From Patescibacteria group bacterium UBA5194 (GTDB lineage: Bacteria > Patescibacteriota > Gracilibacteria > BD1-5 > UBA6164), in the NCBI GenBank assembly GCA_002412935.1, contig DHWA01000013.1, forward strand, positions 6,954 to 70,953: 64,000 bases of DNA, read 5' to 3'. Numbering within the stretch: position 1 is the first letter of the stretch; each line of letters begins with the position of its first letter. The notes below the pieces were generated by a model. The model made no database searches. It was not told the origin of the DNA and saw nothing but the letters and a program-made list of their open reading frames with translations. The position numbers and the translations under genes were made by a program. This document shows, one piece after another, positions 24,565 to 33,816 of the stretch.

Positions 24565-24592
24565 AAAGAAGTATGTAAAAATACTTCTTTTT
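24565..24592 (+). terminator. rho-independent terminator after hsdM
   Basis: 10-bp stem AAAGAAGTAT / ATACTTCTTT, 6-nt loop, then TT. Confidence 0.6.
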
Positions 24593-24671
24593 ACTCCCCT
24601 CAAAAATCCATAATTAAATTTGCAAAATTTTATTATTGTATATAATAAGTATATGAAAATATAATTTATTT

Positions 24672-24700
24672 TTGACTTTATACCTAATTTGGAATATACT
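24672..24700 (+). promoter_or_regulatory. sigma70-like promoter candidate, possibly giving a leaderless transcript
   Basis: TTGACT, 17 nt, TATACT. The -10 ends 5 nt before ATG 24705. Confidence 0.3.
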
Positions 24701-24704
24701 GTAT

Positions 24705-25127
24705 ATGAAAATTAAATATTATGATGACGAAGATATAGAAAATAGGTTACTTAGTTTGTTTGAAGAAATAAAAAAAGAAGAAAAACAATTTTCTATTATG
24801 CAAATATTGGAACATATAAAAAATAATAATTAATCCCCAAATCCACCATATGCAAGACCATTAAAATGACATGAAAATGAATTATTTGAAATAAAAATCA
24901 AATTTTGAGACGATTTATATAGAATTAACTACTTTCTAGATAAAGATAATTGATTTATAATTATTTTAAATTGGTATTATAAACCTGATGGGAGAAATAG
25001 TTCAGATAATTATAACAAATCTAAGAAAAATAAATTAGATAAAATTATTTCTGAAAAGATAGAGGAGGCTTTAAAAATGAAAGAAAATTACTTTTTAAAT
25101 ATATGAAAATATGAGCTTTACAAGTAA
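24705..25127 (+). pseudogene. HigB/Gp49-like toxin gene interrupted by an in-frame TAA
   Basis: A single frame encodes MKIKYYDDEDIENRLL...HIKNNN, then TAA (24831-24833), then SPNPPYARPLKGHENELFEIKIKFGDDLYRINYFLDKDNGFIIILNWYYKP. The stop falls inside the conserved core. Confidence 0.55.
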
Positions 25128-25803
25128 AGACTTATCAAAATTGATAAACTCAAAAGAATTTGCAGACTATAAAGAAAAAAATTATAGATATATAATTTTA
25201 TGAGAAAAAATCTATGCTAGAAGAAAAGATTTATGATTGACTCAAAGCAAACTTTGAGAACTTTCACAAATCCCACAAAATAAAATAAGTGAATTAGAAT
25301 CATGAACTTATTGAGAACCATGAATTGAAATTATCGAAAAACTTTCAAAAGCTTTAAATATTTGATTAGAATATTTATTTTATGATAGTATTACAAGAAA
25401 AACAGTTGAATTATATAATTATATATTATCAAAACTTGAAAATGTTCCTGATATAATGCAATTTATGAAATTACCATACTTTATAGATTTAAATCTAATA
25501 AAAAATAATTTTAAACAAGCTACAAATTTTGAATATATTAGATGGAATTACTGACCATTTGATAAAAAAGTCTATGTTTATCAGACATTATTTTCTTTTA
25601 ATAATGAGAAATGAATAAAGAATCTAAAGTTTATTTATTTATCTAATGAAGAAATAAAAATCATTGATGAAACACTTTCTGCCTTACCAAAAGAAAATTG
25701 AGAAGAATTAAAAAAACTTTCTTATGAAACAAAACCAATGAAAAATTTATGAGTTTGTTTGTGAGATAATAAATGTATGTGAAAAGTTTTAGAATTGAAA
25801 TAA
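25111..25803 (+). CDS. XRE-HTH plus DUF4065 (Panacea/SocA-like) antitoxin-type protein
   Basis: 230 aa. HTH segment LGLTQSKLGELSQIPQNKISELESG, then a DUF4065-like C-domain. Overlaps the toxin relic by 17 nt. Confidence 0.65.
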
Positions 25804-26071
25804 TATTTTATAGAATCAATTTTCTTAGTTTATCCTAATTTATTAACTACTATTTATGAATTCAAAAGAACAATCATACAAAGAAATAGTTATTTCTTGA
25901 ATATTTGAAGATTTGAAAGATGAACAAGATTTGTATGATGAATATAAATAAACTAAAATATTAAATCATAGTTATTTCCATTTTAAAATATGTAGAAGTA
26001 TTTGAATGAAGATTGGTTAAAGAATAATATAAAATTTTACTTTGACTTTATTTTAAAAAATATTAAACTAT

Positions 26072-26107
26072 TCGTGAAAAATATACATATTACTATGTTT
26101 TTCACGA
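26072..26107. repeat. inverted repeat TCGTGAAAAA-N16-TTTTTCACGA, 30 nt upstream of fic
   Basis: Perfect 10-bp arms. Nearly the same palindrome recurs at 26977-27016. Confidence 0.6.
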
Positions 26108-26136
26108 TAAAATTTTAAATATTTATTTTTAAAATT

Positions 26137-27018
26137 ATGATAAATCAAACTACAAAAGATAAAATTATTAAACTTTTTGAACAATATGAAATTATTAGTG
26201 AGTGAAAAGAAAAAGCTTTAAAAGAGATAACTTTGGCTGAAATTCCAGAAATGATTTATAATTCAAATGCAATAGAAAATTCCACTTTAAGTTTAAAAGA
26301 TACAGAAGATATTTTGATTTATAATACTATAAAAAAAGATTATAATATAAGAGAAGTATATGAAGCAAAAAATTTGGCTGAAATCACTAAAGAGCTTTTA
26401 GAAACAGATACAGAAAAACTTTCTATTTCTTTAATTTTATCTTTACATAAAACGTTACTAACTCATATCAACAATAGTTATGCTTGAAGGTTTAGAAGAA
26501 ATGATGAATGGGTAAGGATATGAACTCACTTGTGAGCAAATCCTGATTTTGTAGATAATTTAATGAACAAATTAATAAAAGATTACAATAATAAAAAACA
26601 AGAATATTTTTTAGATAATATAGCTTATTTTCATGCAGAATTTGAAACAATTCATCCATTTTGTGATTGAAATGGTAGAATTTGAAGAGTACTTATAAAC
26701 TTTCAACTTATGCAACTTTGATATCCACCAATTATAGTACAAAATAAAAGTAAAAGACAAGATTATTATCCAAATTTTCAAAAATACCAAGATAAAGATA
26801 AATTTGATTCTTTTACAGAGGTTTTTTCTTTACTTTTAATAGAATCATTAAATAAGAGAATAACTATATTAACCTCAAAAAAAATAGTTACTTTAAGTGA
26901 ATGGTGTAAGAAAAATAATAAAAATGCTCCAAGTTATTTAAATAAGGCCAAAAGACAAACTATCCCAGCATTTAGAATTCGTGAAAAATGGTCTATTTCC
27001 GAAGATTTTCACGAATAA
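26137..27018 (+). CDS. fic: Fic-domain protein (class II: own inhibitory helix)
   Basis: 293 aa. Active-site HPFCDGNGRIGR at 26653-26688. N-terminal inhibitory motif SNAIEN at 26263-26280. Confidence 0.85.
26977..27016. repeat. inverted repeat ATTCGTGAAAA-N18-TTTTCACGAAT at the 3' end of fic
   Basis: Perfect 11-bp arms sharing the core of the 26072-26107 palindrome. Overlaps the last codons of fic. Confidence 0.6.
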
Positions 27019-27050
27019 ATCTAAACTTTAGTAATAATTAAAACTAACAA

Positions 27051-27188
27051 AATAACCTATAACTTATTTGGATAGTAAAAGTAGAAGAAAACAAAGAGAA
27101 TGATAAATTTATAAATGGTTTACTAGGAGAATTAAATATGATTTTGAAATAATAGATTTAAAGAAGTATGTAAAAATACTTCTTTTTT
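27051..27188 (+). pseudogene. internally deleted relic of the hsdM 3' end plus a copy of its terminator
   Basis: AATAACCTATAACTTAT..TTGGATAGTAAAAGTAGAAGA..GATAAATTTATAAATGGTTTACTAGGAGAATTAAATATGATTTTGAAATAATAGATTTAAAGAAGTATGTAAAAATACTTCTTT parallels the last roughly 270 bp of hsdM (24300-24592), with two internal deletions. Confidence 0.65.
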
Positions 27189-27326
27189 TATACAATATCA
27201 TACATTAAATGTATAATTAATTATCTATTTTATACCTATATAGCATACTTTTGTAATAAAAAGTTGCTTTTTTGTTATTTTTGTATACATTACTAATACA
27301 ATTATATACCTTATTAAAATATTATT

Positions 27327-28100
27327 ATGACTACAAATTCTATAAATCTAGGTGATAAACTTAAAGATTTGAGAAATAAAACTTGAGTTTCTCAAGAAGA
27401 TGTTGCCAATTATATTTGAGTTAGTAGATTAACCTATATAAATATAGAAAATTGAAAAAGAGAAGTGAAAGACTTAGAGATTAAGAAAATCGCTGAATTT
27501 TTTGAGAAATCAATAAGTGATTTTATAGAGAAAAAACAAGAAATAAATAGTACCAGTGATAAAAATTATAAATTGAAACAATTAATATTGTATATATCAA
27601 AAAAAACTCAAAATATAGATAGTTTTTGAAAAACAGTTTTAAATAAATTGCTGTATTTTAGTGATTTTAATTATTACGAATGGACTTATGAAACTATTAC
27701 ATGAGTTAATTATAAGAAATTACCTTTTTGACCAGTTCCTGAAAATATATCTGATATTCTTGATGAGATGGTAAGTGAATCATTGATAGCTATTACAGAA
27801 ACTACATATCATAATTACACTCAACAAAAAATTATTCCTTTAGTTGAAGCAAATTTAGATTTTTTAAATGATATTGATGAAAAATCTGCTAAAAAAACTA
27901 AATACGATAATTTACCTAAATCAATTCAGATTATTAATGATGTCTTAAATAAGTTTAAACATCATAAAGCAAGTGAAATTAGCGAATGGTCTCATATGGA
28001 TACACCATATAAGTCTAGCAAAAATATATGAGATATTATTAGACCCTGACTTGTTTTTTATAGAAGTGAGCCTTTTATAGTTAATCCTAATAATTTATAA
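27327..28100 (+). CDS. XRE-HTH plus DUF4065 (Panacea/SocA-like) antitoxin-type protein, second copy
   Basis: 257 aa. HTH segment VSQEDVANYIGVSRLTYINIENG, then KLLYFSDFNYYEW, typical of DUF4065. Contains track ORF 27768-28031. Confidence 0.65.
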
Positions 28101-28163
28101 ACTATGATATTTAAAGAATTACAAGAATTTGAAAAAGAATTAAAAAATATTATTCTAAACCAA

Positions 28164-28195
28164 AAAAGAAGTAACTACCGTTACTTCTTTTTTAC
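28164..28195 (+). terminator. rho-independent terminator
   Basis: 12-bp stem AAAAGAAGTAAC / GTTACTTCTTTT, 4-nt loop, then a T-run. Confidence 0.6.
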
Positions 28196-28273
28196 CTCTT
28201 CCCCCCCTTCATTTATTGTAATTTAAAAACATATATGATAAAATATTTACAGTAATTTGTTCAAATATTTTAT

Positions 28274-30037
28274 ATGTGAAATTCAAGAAAATTAAATGAG
28301 TTAGCAGCTACGGCAATTTGTTGAAATGATATAAGTTCTTCGGTCTTGTATGTTTCTGCTTTGTCTATTTATTTTGCTGGACAATATGCTTGGATAACTC
28401 TTTTAATTGTGGTCTGAGTATTGTATCTGTATCGTAAAATCTATGGAGAAGTTGTAGGAGCTTTACCTCTAAATGGTTGAGCTTACAATGCCCTACTCAA
28501 TACTACAAGTAAGGCAACTGCATCTTTTGCTGCAGCTTTAACTATATTGTCATATATAGCGACTGCTGTAATTTGAGCCAATGAAGCAATTCATTATCTG
28601 CATTATAGCTTTTCATTTCTTCCCTTAATTATCTCAACCATTATCTTACTCGTATTCTTTGCTCTTTTAGCAATGTCATGAATGAAAGAATCCTCTTTTG
28701 TTGCGATATTTTTATTTCTATTTCATTTATTGTCTTTGATAATTTTATCACTTTTTATCATATATTATCTATACCAAACCGGATTATGACAATTTTTCAG
28801 TAATTATAATTTACCACTAACAAATAATTGAAGTATCATTTCTGCTATATTTTTTGGTTTTGCTGCTTCAATGCTTGGAGTCTCAGGGTTTGAAAGTTCT
28901 GCCAATTTTGTAGAACAACAACAAGAATGAGTATTTCCAAAAACTCTGAGAAATATGTGGATTATAGTAAGTATTATAAATCCTCTTATAGCTATATTTG
29001 CATTATCTTTGTTTACTCTTCCGGTTCTAACTTCTGATGCCTATCAAAATACTCTACTCATTCAAATGTGAAAATTAGTTTGAAATAATAGTCTAGCTTT
29101 TCTAATTTCTATCGATGCATTTTTGGTATTGAGTGGTTCTGTTTTGACAAGTTTTATATGAGTATCATGACTATTTGAAAGAATAACTCTTGATAGAATC
29201 CTACCTCAATACTTTATCAAAAAAAATAAAAGATGAAGTTCTTATAGAATTATCACGATGTTTTTACTTCTTTGTATCTCAATCTTATTAATCACAAAAT
29301 GAAATGTTAAATTATTAGCTTGAGTGTATTCTATCTCATTTTTAGCAGTTATGAGTCTTTTTTGAATTGGTAACATATTATTAAAAGTATTTAGATCTAA
29401 AATCCCAAGACCTGAAATTGCTTCTTGGTTTTCCGTATTTATTGCAATAACATTAACTATCACAGCTCTAATTGGTAATATCTTGATAAAACCAGCTGAC
29501 TCTTTGCCTAGCAATTTATCTATCTTTTTAATATATTTCATCCCTACAATAATACTTATTAGCATAATGTTGAATAGGATTTTCTTACTTAAATTAATAA
29601 TACATTTCTTACAATTTATATTTGAGCCAATAAAAACATTTGTTTATAAATCAAATCTAATAATTTTAAATACCATAAATAAAATCAATAAACAAGAATT
29701 TGTATTTTTTACAAAAGGTGATAGTTTATCAAATCTAAACAAAGTAATGCTTTATATCCTAGAAAATGAAAATACAAAAAGAATAAAATTTGTTACAGTT
29801 TTACCCCCTTGAGAAATAGTATCAAATGAACTTAAACAAAAAATCAAATTTTTAGATGAGGAATATACAGAAATCACTGTAGATTTCAGAGTACTTCACT
29901 GAGAATTTTGACCAAAATTGATTCACGAATTATCACAAAAACGGAAAATCCCAGTAAATTTTATGTTTATATGATCTCCAAGTTACAAATTTCCATATAG
30001 AATTGAAGAATTGGGTTGAGTAAGGTTGATAATATAA
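28274..30037 (+). CDS. APC-superfamily amino acid/polyamine permease with C-terminal cytoplasmic domain
   Basis: 587 aa. About 12 TM helices. N-terminal NELAATAICGNDISSS motif. Includes track ORF 29483-29812. Confidence 0.75.
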
Positions 30038-30124
30038 TAACTTGCATTATTTAAATAATAACTTGCATTTAAAAATTAAAATAATATAATAATCATTAAT
30101 CTAAGAGATTATATAACTTGCATT
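30037..30124 (+). promoter_or_regulatory. three direct copies of ATAACTTGCATT upstream of the HTH-Fic-like gene
   Basis: Exact 12-mers at 30037-30048, 30058-30069 and 30113-30124. The last ends 23 nt before the ATG. Confidence 0.4.
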
Positions 30125-30146
30125 TTTATTATTTATGTTGCATAAT

Positions 30147-31169
30147 ATGAAAACTAATACTACTCTAAATCAAATATTTGATTTAATATTATCAAAAGAA
30201 GAAACTCCTTATAATTTAATCATTTCTAAATTCCCTAATATTGCTGAATCAACTATTACGAGAAATCTAAATAAACTTATTACTGAATGAAAAATCATAA
30301 AGAATAAAATTTGAAAAAATACTTTTTATAAAGCTATTTGAAGTGATTTTATCTTGAATTATCTAAATAAACCGTTTTTTGAAAGAGAAAAAAAATCTTA
30401 CAATTTCGATTTTCTCATGAATTATAAACCAAACCAAACAAGTTTTTTATGAGAAAAATATAAGGTAATACAAGAAAAATATTTAAATCAAAACATACTT
30501 TCAACTTATGATTATAAACAAAATTTAAGAGCAATAGAAAATTTACTTATAGATTTAAGTTTTTCTTCTTCAAAACTTGAATGAAATACTTATAGTTACT
30601 TAGATACTGAAATACTTATAAAATATAATAGTGTCGCAGAATGAAAAAGCCAAGTAGAAACTCAAATGATTCTAAATCATAAAAATGCTATAAAATATAT
30701 TATAGATAACAGAAAAGAAATAAATTATACAAAACAAGAATTTCAAAATATTCACTACTTACTTTGAAAATGACTTTTAATAGAAGATTATTTATGAAAA
30801 ATCAGAACTTCTGAAGTAAGTATTTGAGGTTCAGCATATACTCCGCTTGATAATAAATTTCAACTTGAAGAACAATTTGAGATATTTTTAGATAAGTTAA
30901 ATCAGATTAAAAATCCTTTTGAACAAACTCTTTTTATACTTGTTTTTATTCCATATTTTCAAATATTTATGGATATAAACAAAAGGACTTCCAGAATAAG
31001 TGCAAATTTACCTCTTATAAAAAACTGATTAAATCCTTTTAGTTTTCTTCAGATAAAAGACAGAGATTATATAAATGCTATCTTAGCAATTTATGAACTA
31101 AATGATGTAAATTTAATGAAAGATTTATTTGTAGATAATTATATATTGAATTTAAAGAGGTATATTTAA
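30147..31169 (+). CDS. winged-HTH plus Fic-fold protein with degenerate active-site motif
   Basis: 340 aa. N-terminal HTH-like ISKFPNIAESTITRNLNKL. QIFMDINKRTSR (30960-30995) stands in place of HPFxxGNGRxxR. Confidence 0.6.
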
Positions 31170-31208
31170 GCAATTTTATTCTCCTTGCAATTCCTACTCT
31201 CATAACTT

Positions 31209-31258
31209 AAAAATCTACTACAGATAAATATTTTTATATTTACCCATAGTAGATTTTT
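31209..31258. terminator. 12-bp inverted repeat hairpin between the Fic-like gene and the tRNA
   Basis: AAAAATCTACTA-N26-TAGTAGATTTTT. A/T runs on both sides would allow bidirectional termination. Confidence 0.45.
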
Positions 31259-31261
31259 AGT

Positions 31262-31338
31262 TGGCAAGGACCGTAGGAATTGCACCTACGCCTACTGGCT
31301 TCGGAGGCCGGTCACTCTTCTAATTAAGCTAGGTCCTT
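31262..31338 (-). tRNA. tRNA-Arg(CCG)-like gene with atypical features
   Basis: The reverse complement folds with a 7-bp acceptor AAGGACC/GGTCCTT, a D-arm GCTT..GAGT, anticodon loop CTCCGAA (anticodon CCG), a 5-nt variable loop, T-stem GTAGG/CCTAC, discriminator G and encoded CCA. Atypical points: T-loop TGCAATT (G at position 55), a C-A mismatch, and an extra pair in the anticodon stem. Confidence 0.5.
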
Positions 31339-31450
31339 ATATTTGCAAGACTATTATATAAAAAATCTAATATTTTCAAAATAAACTTTCAAAAATTGTA
31401 TTTATTTCTATAATTATTATAGATGACAAAAATACTCTTAACCCCTACCC

Positions 31451-33274
31451 ATGCAAAAACAACAAATAATCGACGAAATAATAAACTTATCTTTAGAAAG
31501 AAACATCACCACTAAAGATGAATTTCATAAAACCCAAAATGAAGTCTACAAAAAATACAAACTTCCAGAGTGAATTACTGGAATTGATATCCTTGAAAGA
31601 TACAACGAACATGTAAAAAATAAAACAGTTAGAGATAGTAATGATTTCAGAAAAGTTTTGAGAAAGAGATGAGTAAGAAGCCTTTCTGGAGTAACTGTTA
31701 TTTCCCTACTTACAGAGTTTTTTGGTTGTCCTGGAAAATGTATCTATTGTCCAACATTTGAATGATTACCAAAATCATATATCCCAAATGAGCCTGCAGT
31801 TCAAAGAGCAAAACTAAATAAATTTGATCCAATTATGCAGATTCATAATAGACTTAGATCACTTGAAATCACAGGACATAAAATAGAAAAAAATGATGTG
31901 AGAATCATAGGTGGGACTTGGAGTTGTTATCCGAAAAAATATCAAGAAGATTTTATAAAAGGTATCTATGATGCTTTCAATACTTTTGATGAGATGAAAG
32001 AACAAATAGATGAAAATGTAATTTCAGGTGATAAGTTTTCAAGCTTTACAATGAAAGAATGATACAATTTAAAATTATCAAAAGACTTAGAAGAAGCAAA
32101 GAAAATCAATGAAACAACAAAATATAGAGTCATCTGAATTGCAATTGAAACTCGCCCAGATTGGGTAAATATAGAAGAAATTGCTAGACTAAGAAGATAT
32201 GGAGTTACAAGAGTTGAAATAGGTTATCAGACAACTATTGATGAAATAAATATATTAAATAAAAGATGACATACAAACAAAGAAAGTATTCTTGCTACTA
32301 AATTACTCAAGGATGCATGATTTAAAGTTGTTGCTCATATAATGCCCAATTTACTTTGAAGTACTCCTGAGCTTGATAAAAAAGCATTTAAAGAAGTATT
32401 TGAGAACCCCGACTTTAGACCAGATGAGTTAAAAATCTATCCTATGGTCGTTACAGATAAATCAGAATTAACAGAAATATGGAAAAAATGATGATTTAAA
32501 GCATACGATGATGAGACACTTATAAATTTGATGTGTGATTTAGAAGAAATGGTTCCAGAATATGTAAGGATAAATAGAACTTACAGAGACATCCCAGCTT
32601 CACAAATACTTCACGGTTCAACTCTCAGTAATCTAAGACAAATAGTTGAAAATAGAATGAAAGATAAATGAATAAAATTACAAGACATAAGAAATAGAGA
32701 AATAAAAGACAAAATCAATGACCCATCTAGAGCAGTTTTACACACTATAAAATATGAAGCAAGTGGTTGAACAGAATATTTTATGACTTTTGAAGATAGT
32801 GAAGATAGAACTATTTTTAGTTTACTTAGGTTGAGATTGCCAGGAAAAAGTTTTTCTGTCATCCTCGGGCTTGACCCGGGGATCTCTAGCAAGGAAAAAC
32901 TAGAAAAAGAAAGTAATGGCACAGATATTTTAAAAAGCACTTTATCAAAAGATGAATTTATAAATTCTAGTGAGTTCATAGATTCCGGATCAAGTCCGGA
33001 ATGACAAAACTGCGAATCTATTCTCCCAGAACTATCTTGAGCAGCACTAATCAGAGAAATCCACACATTTTGAGATCAATTAAGTATCTGAGAAGTTGGA
33101 AGTACTTTTTGACAACATATAGGTTTTGGAAAACGCCTTATTGCTGAATCTGAAAAAATAGCAATAGAAAATTGATTCAAAAAAATGGCTGTTATAGCCT
33201 GAGTTTGAGTAAGAGAATATTATAAAAAGAGATGATATGAGCTAGAATGAGAGTATATGGTAAAAAGTTTGTAA
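31451..33274 (+). CDS. Elp3-like radical-SAM / GNAT acetyltransferase-domain protein, carrying a 50-codon repeat-derived insertion
   Basis: 607 aa. CPGKCIYCP radical-SAM cluster motif. C-terminal GNAT region (HIGFGKRLI). Joins track ORFs 31835-32062 and 32783-33004. Confidence 0.85.
32857..33006. mobile_element. TGTCAT-family element inserted in frame in the elp3-like CDS (150 bp = 50 codons)
   Basis: Left arm is TGTCATCCTCGGGCTTGACCCGGGGATCT. Right arm is AGATTCCGGATCAAGTCCGGAATGACA. Translated as VILGLDPGISS...DSGSSPEGQ. Confidence 0.75.
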
Positions 33275-33325
33275 TTTTTTAAAAAAGTCTATAATTAAAT
33301 TACTTTAGTTTTTAACTTTTTGTAT

Positions 33326-33757
33326 ATGAAAATTAAATCTAACTTAGTTAAAAGAATAGCTATTTGAAAAGCTATTTGATTAGTGTTCTGATGAATTGCG
33401 TTCCTTCTTATTCCAAGTATTTTTGGTGATGCTGATTTGTTTTTAAGATTCTGAGTTTGGCTTTGGTATATAACACTATGAGCTTTAATCTGAATTTTTT
33501 GAGTTATGAATTATAACCCTCTTCTTAAAATATCTATGCCTTATTGGGGTAGATGAATTTTGTTATGATGATGGATGAATTTTGTTTTAGTATTATTTAT
33601 ACATGATAAATTAATTTCTCTTATGCAAAATTCAATACTACAATGATATTCACCTTTTTGGTTAATTATAGAATGAATGATATTTTGATTAATTACTGAT
33701 TATTTTGCAACTAAATATATTTGAGAATGAAAAGACTTACTTAAAGAGAAAAAATAA
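33326..33757 (+). CDS. hypothetical integral membrane protein
   Basis: 143-aa code-25 ORF with four hydrophobic segments. Confidence 0.45.
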
Positions 33758-33782
33758 ATTTTTATTTTGATAAACCAGTAAA

Positions 33783-33816
33783 AAAAAAGTAAAACTTAAA
33801 TAGTTTTACTTTTTTT
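33783..33816. terminator. bidirectional terminator between convergent genes
   Basis: Stem AAAAAGTAAAAC / GTTTTACTTTTT flanked by A- and T-runs. Confidence 0.55.

Noticed and set aside
25856-25951. 31-aa ORF upstream of fic as a VbhA-like antitoxin (contains SGIFED, resembling the (S/T)xxxE(G/N) inhibitory motif)
   Set aside because: The motif ends in D, not G/N. The ORF is about 185 nt from fic. The Fic protein already carries its own N-terminal SNAIEN inhibitory motif (class II).
32611-33066. 151-aa minus-strand ORF, one of the longest in the supplied track
   Set aside because: It is antisense to the well-supported Elp3-like CDS and spans the GC-rich repeat element. It is a shadow ORF created by the standard-code track.
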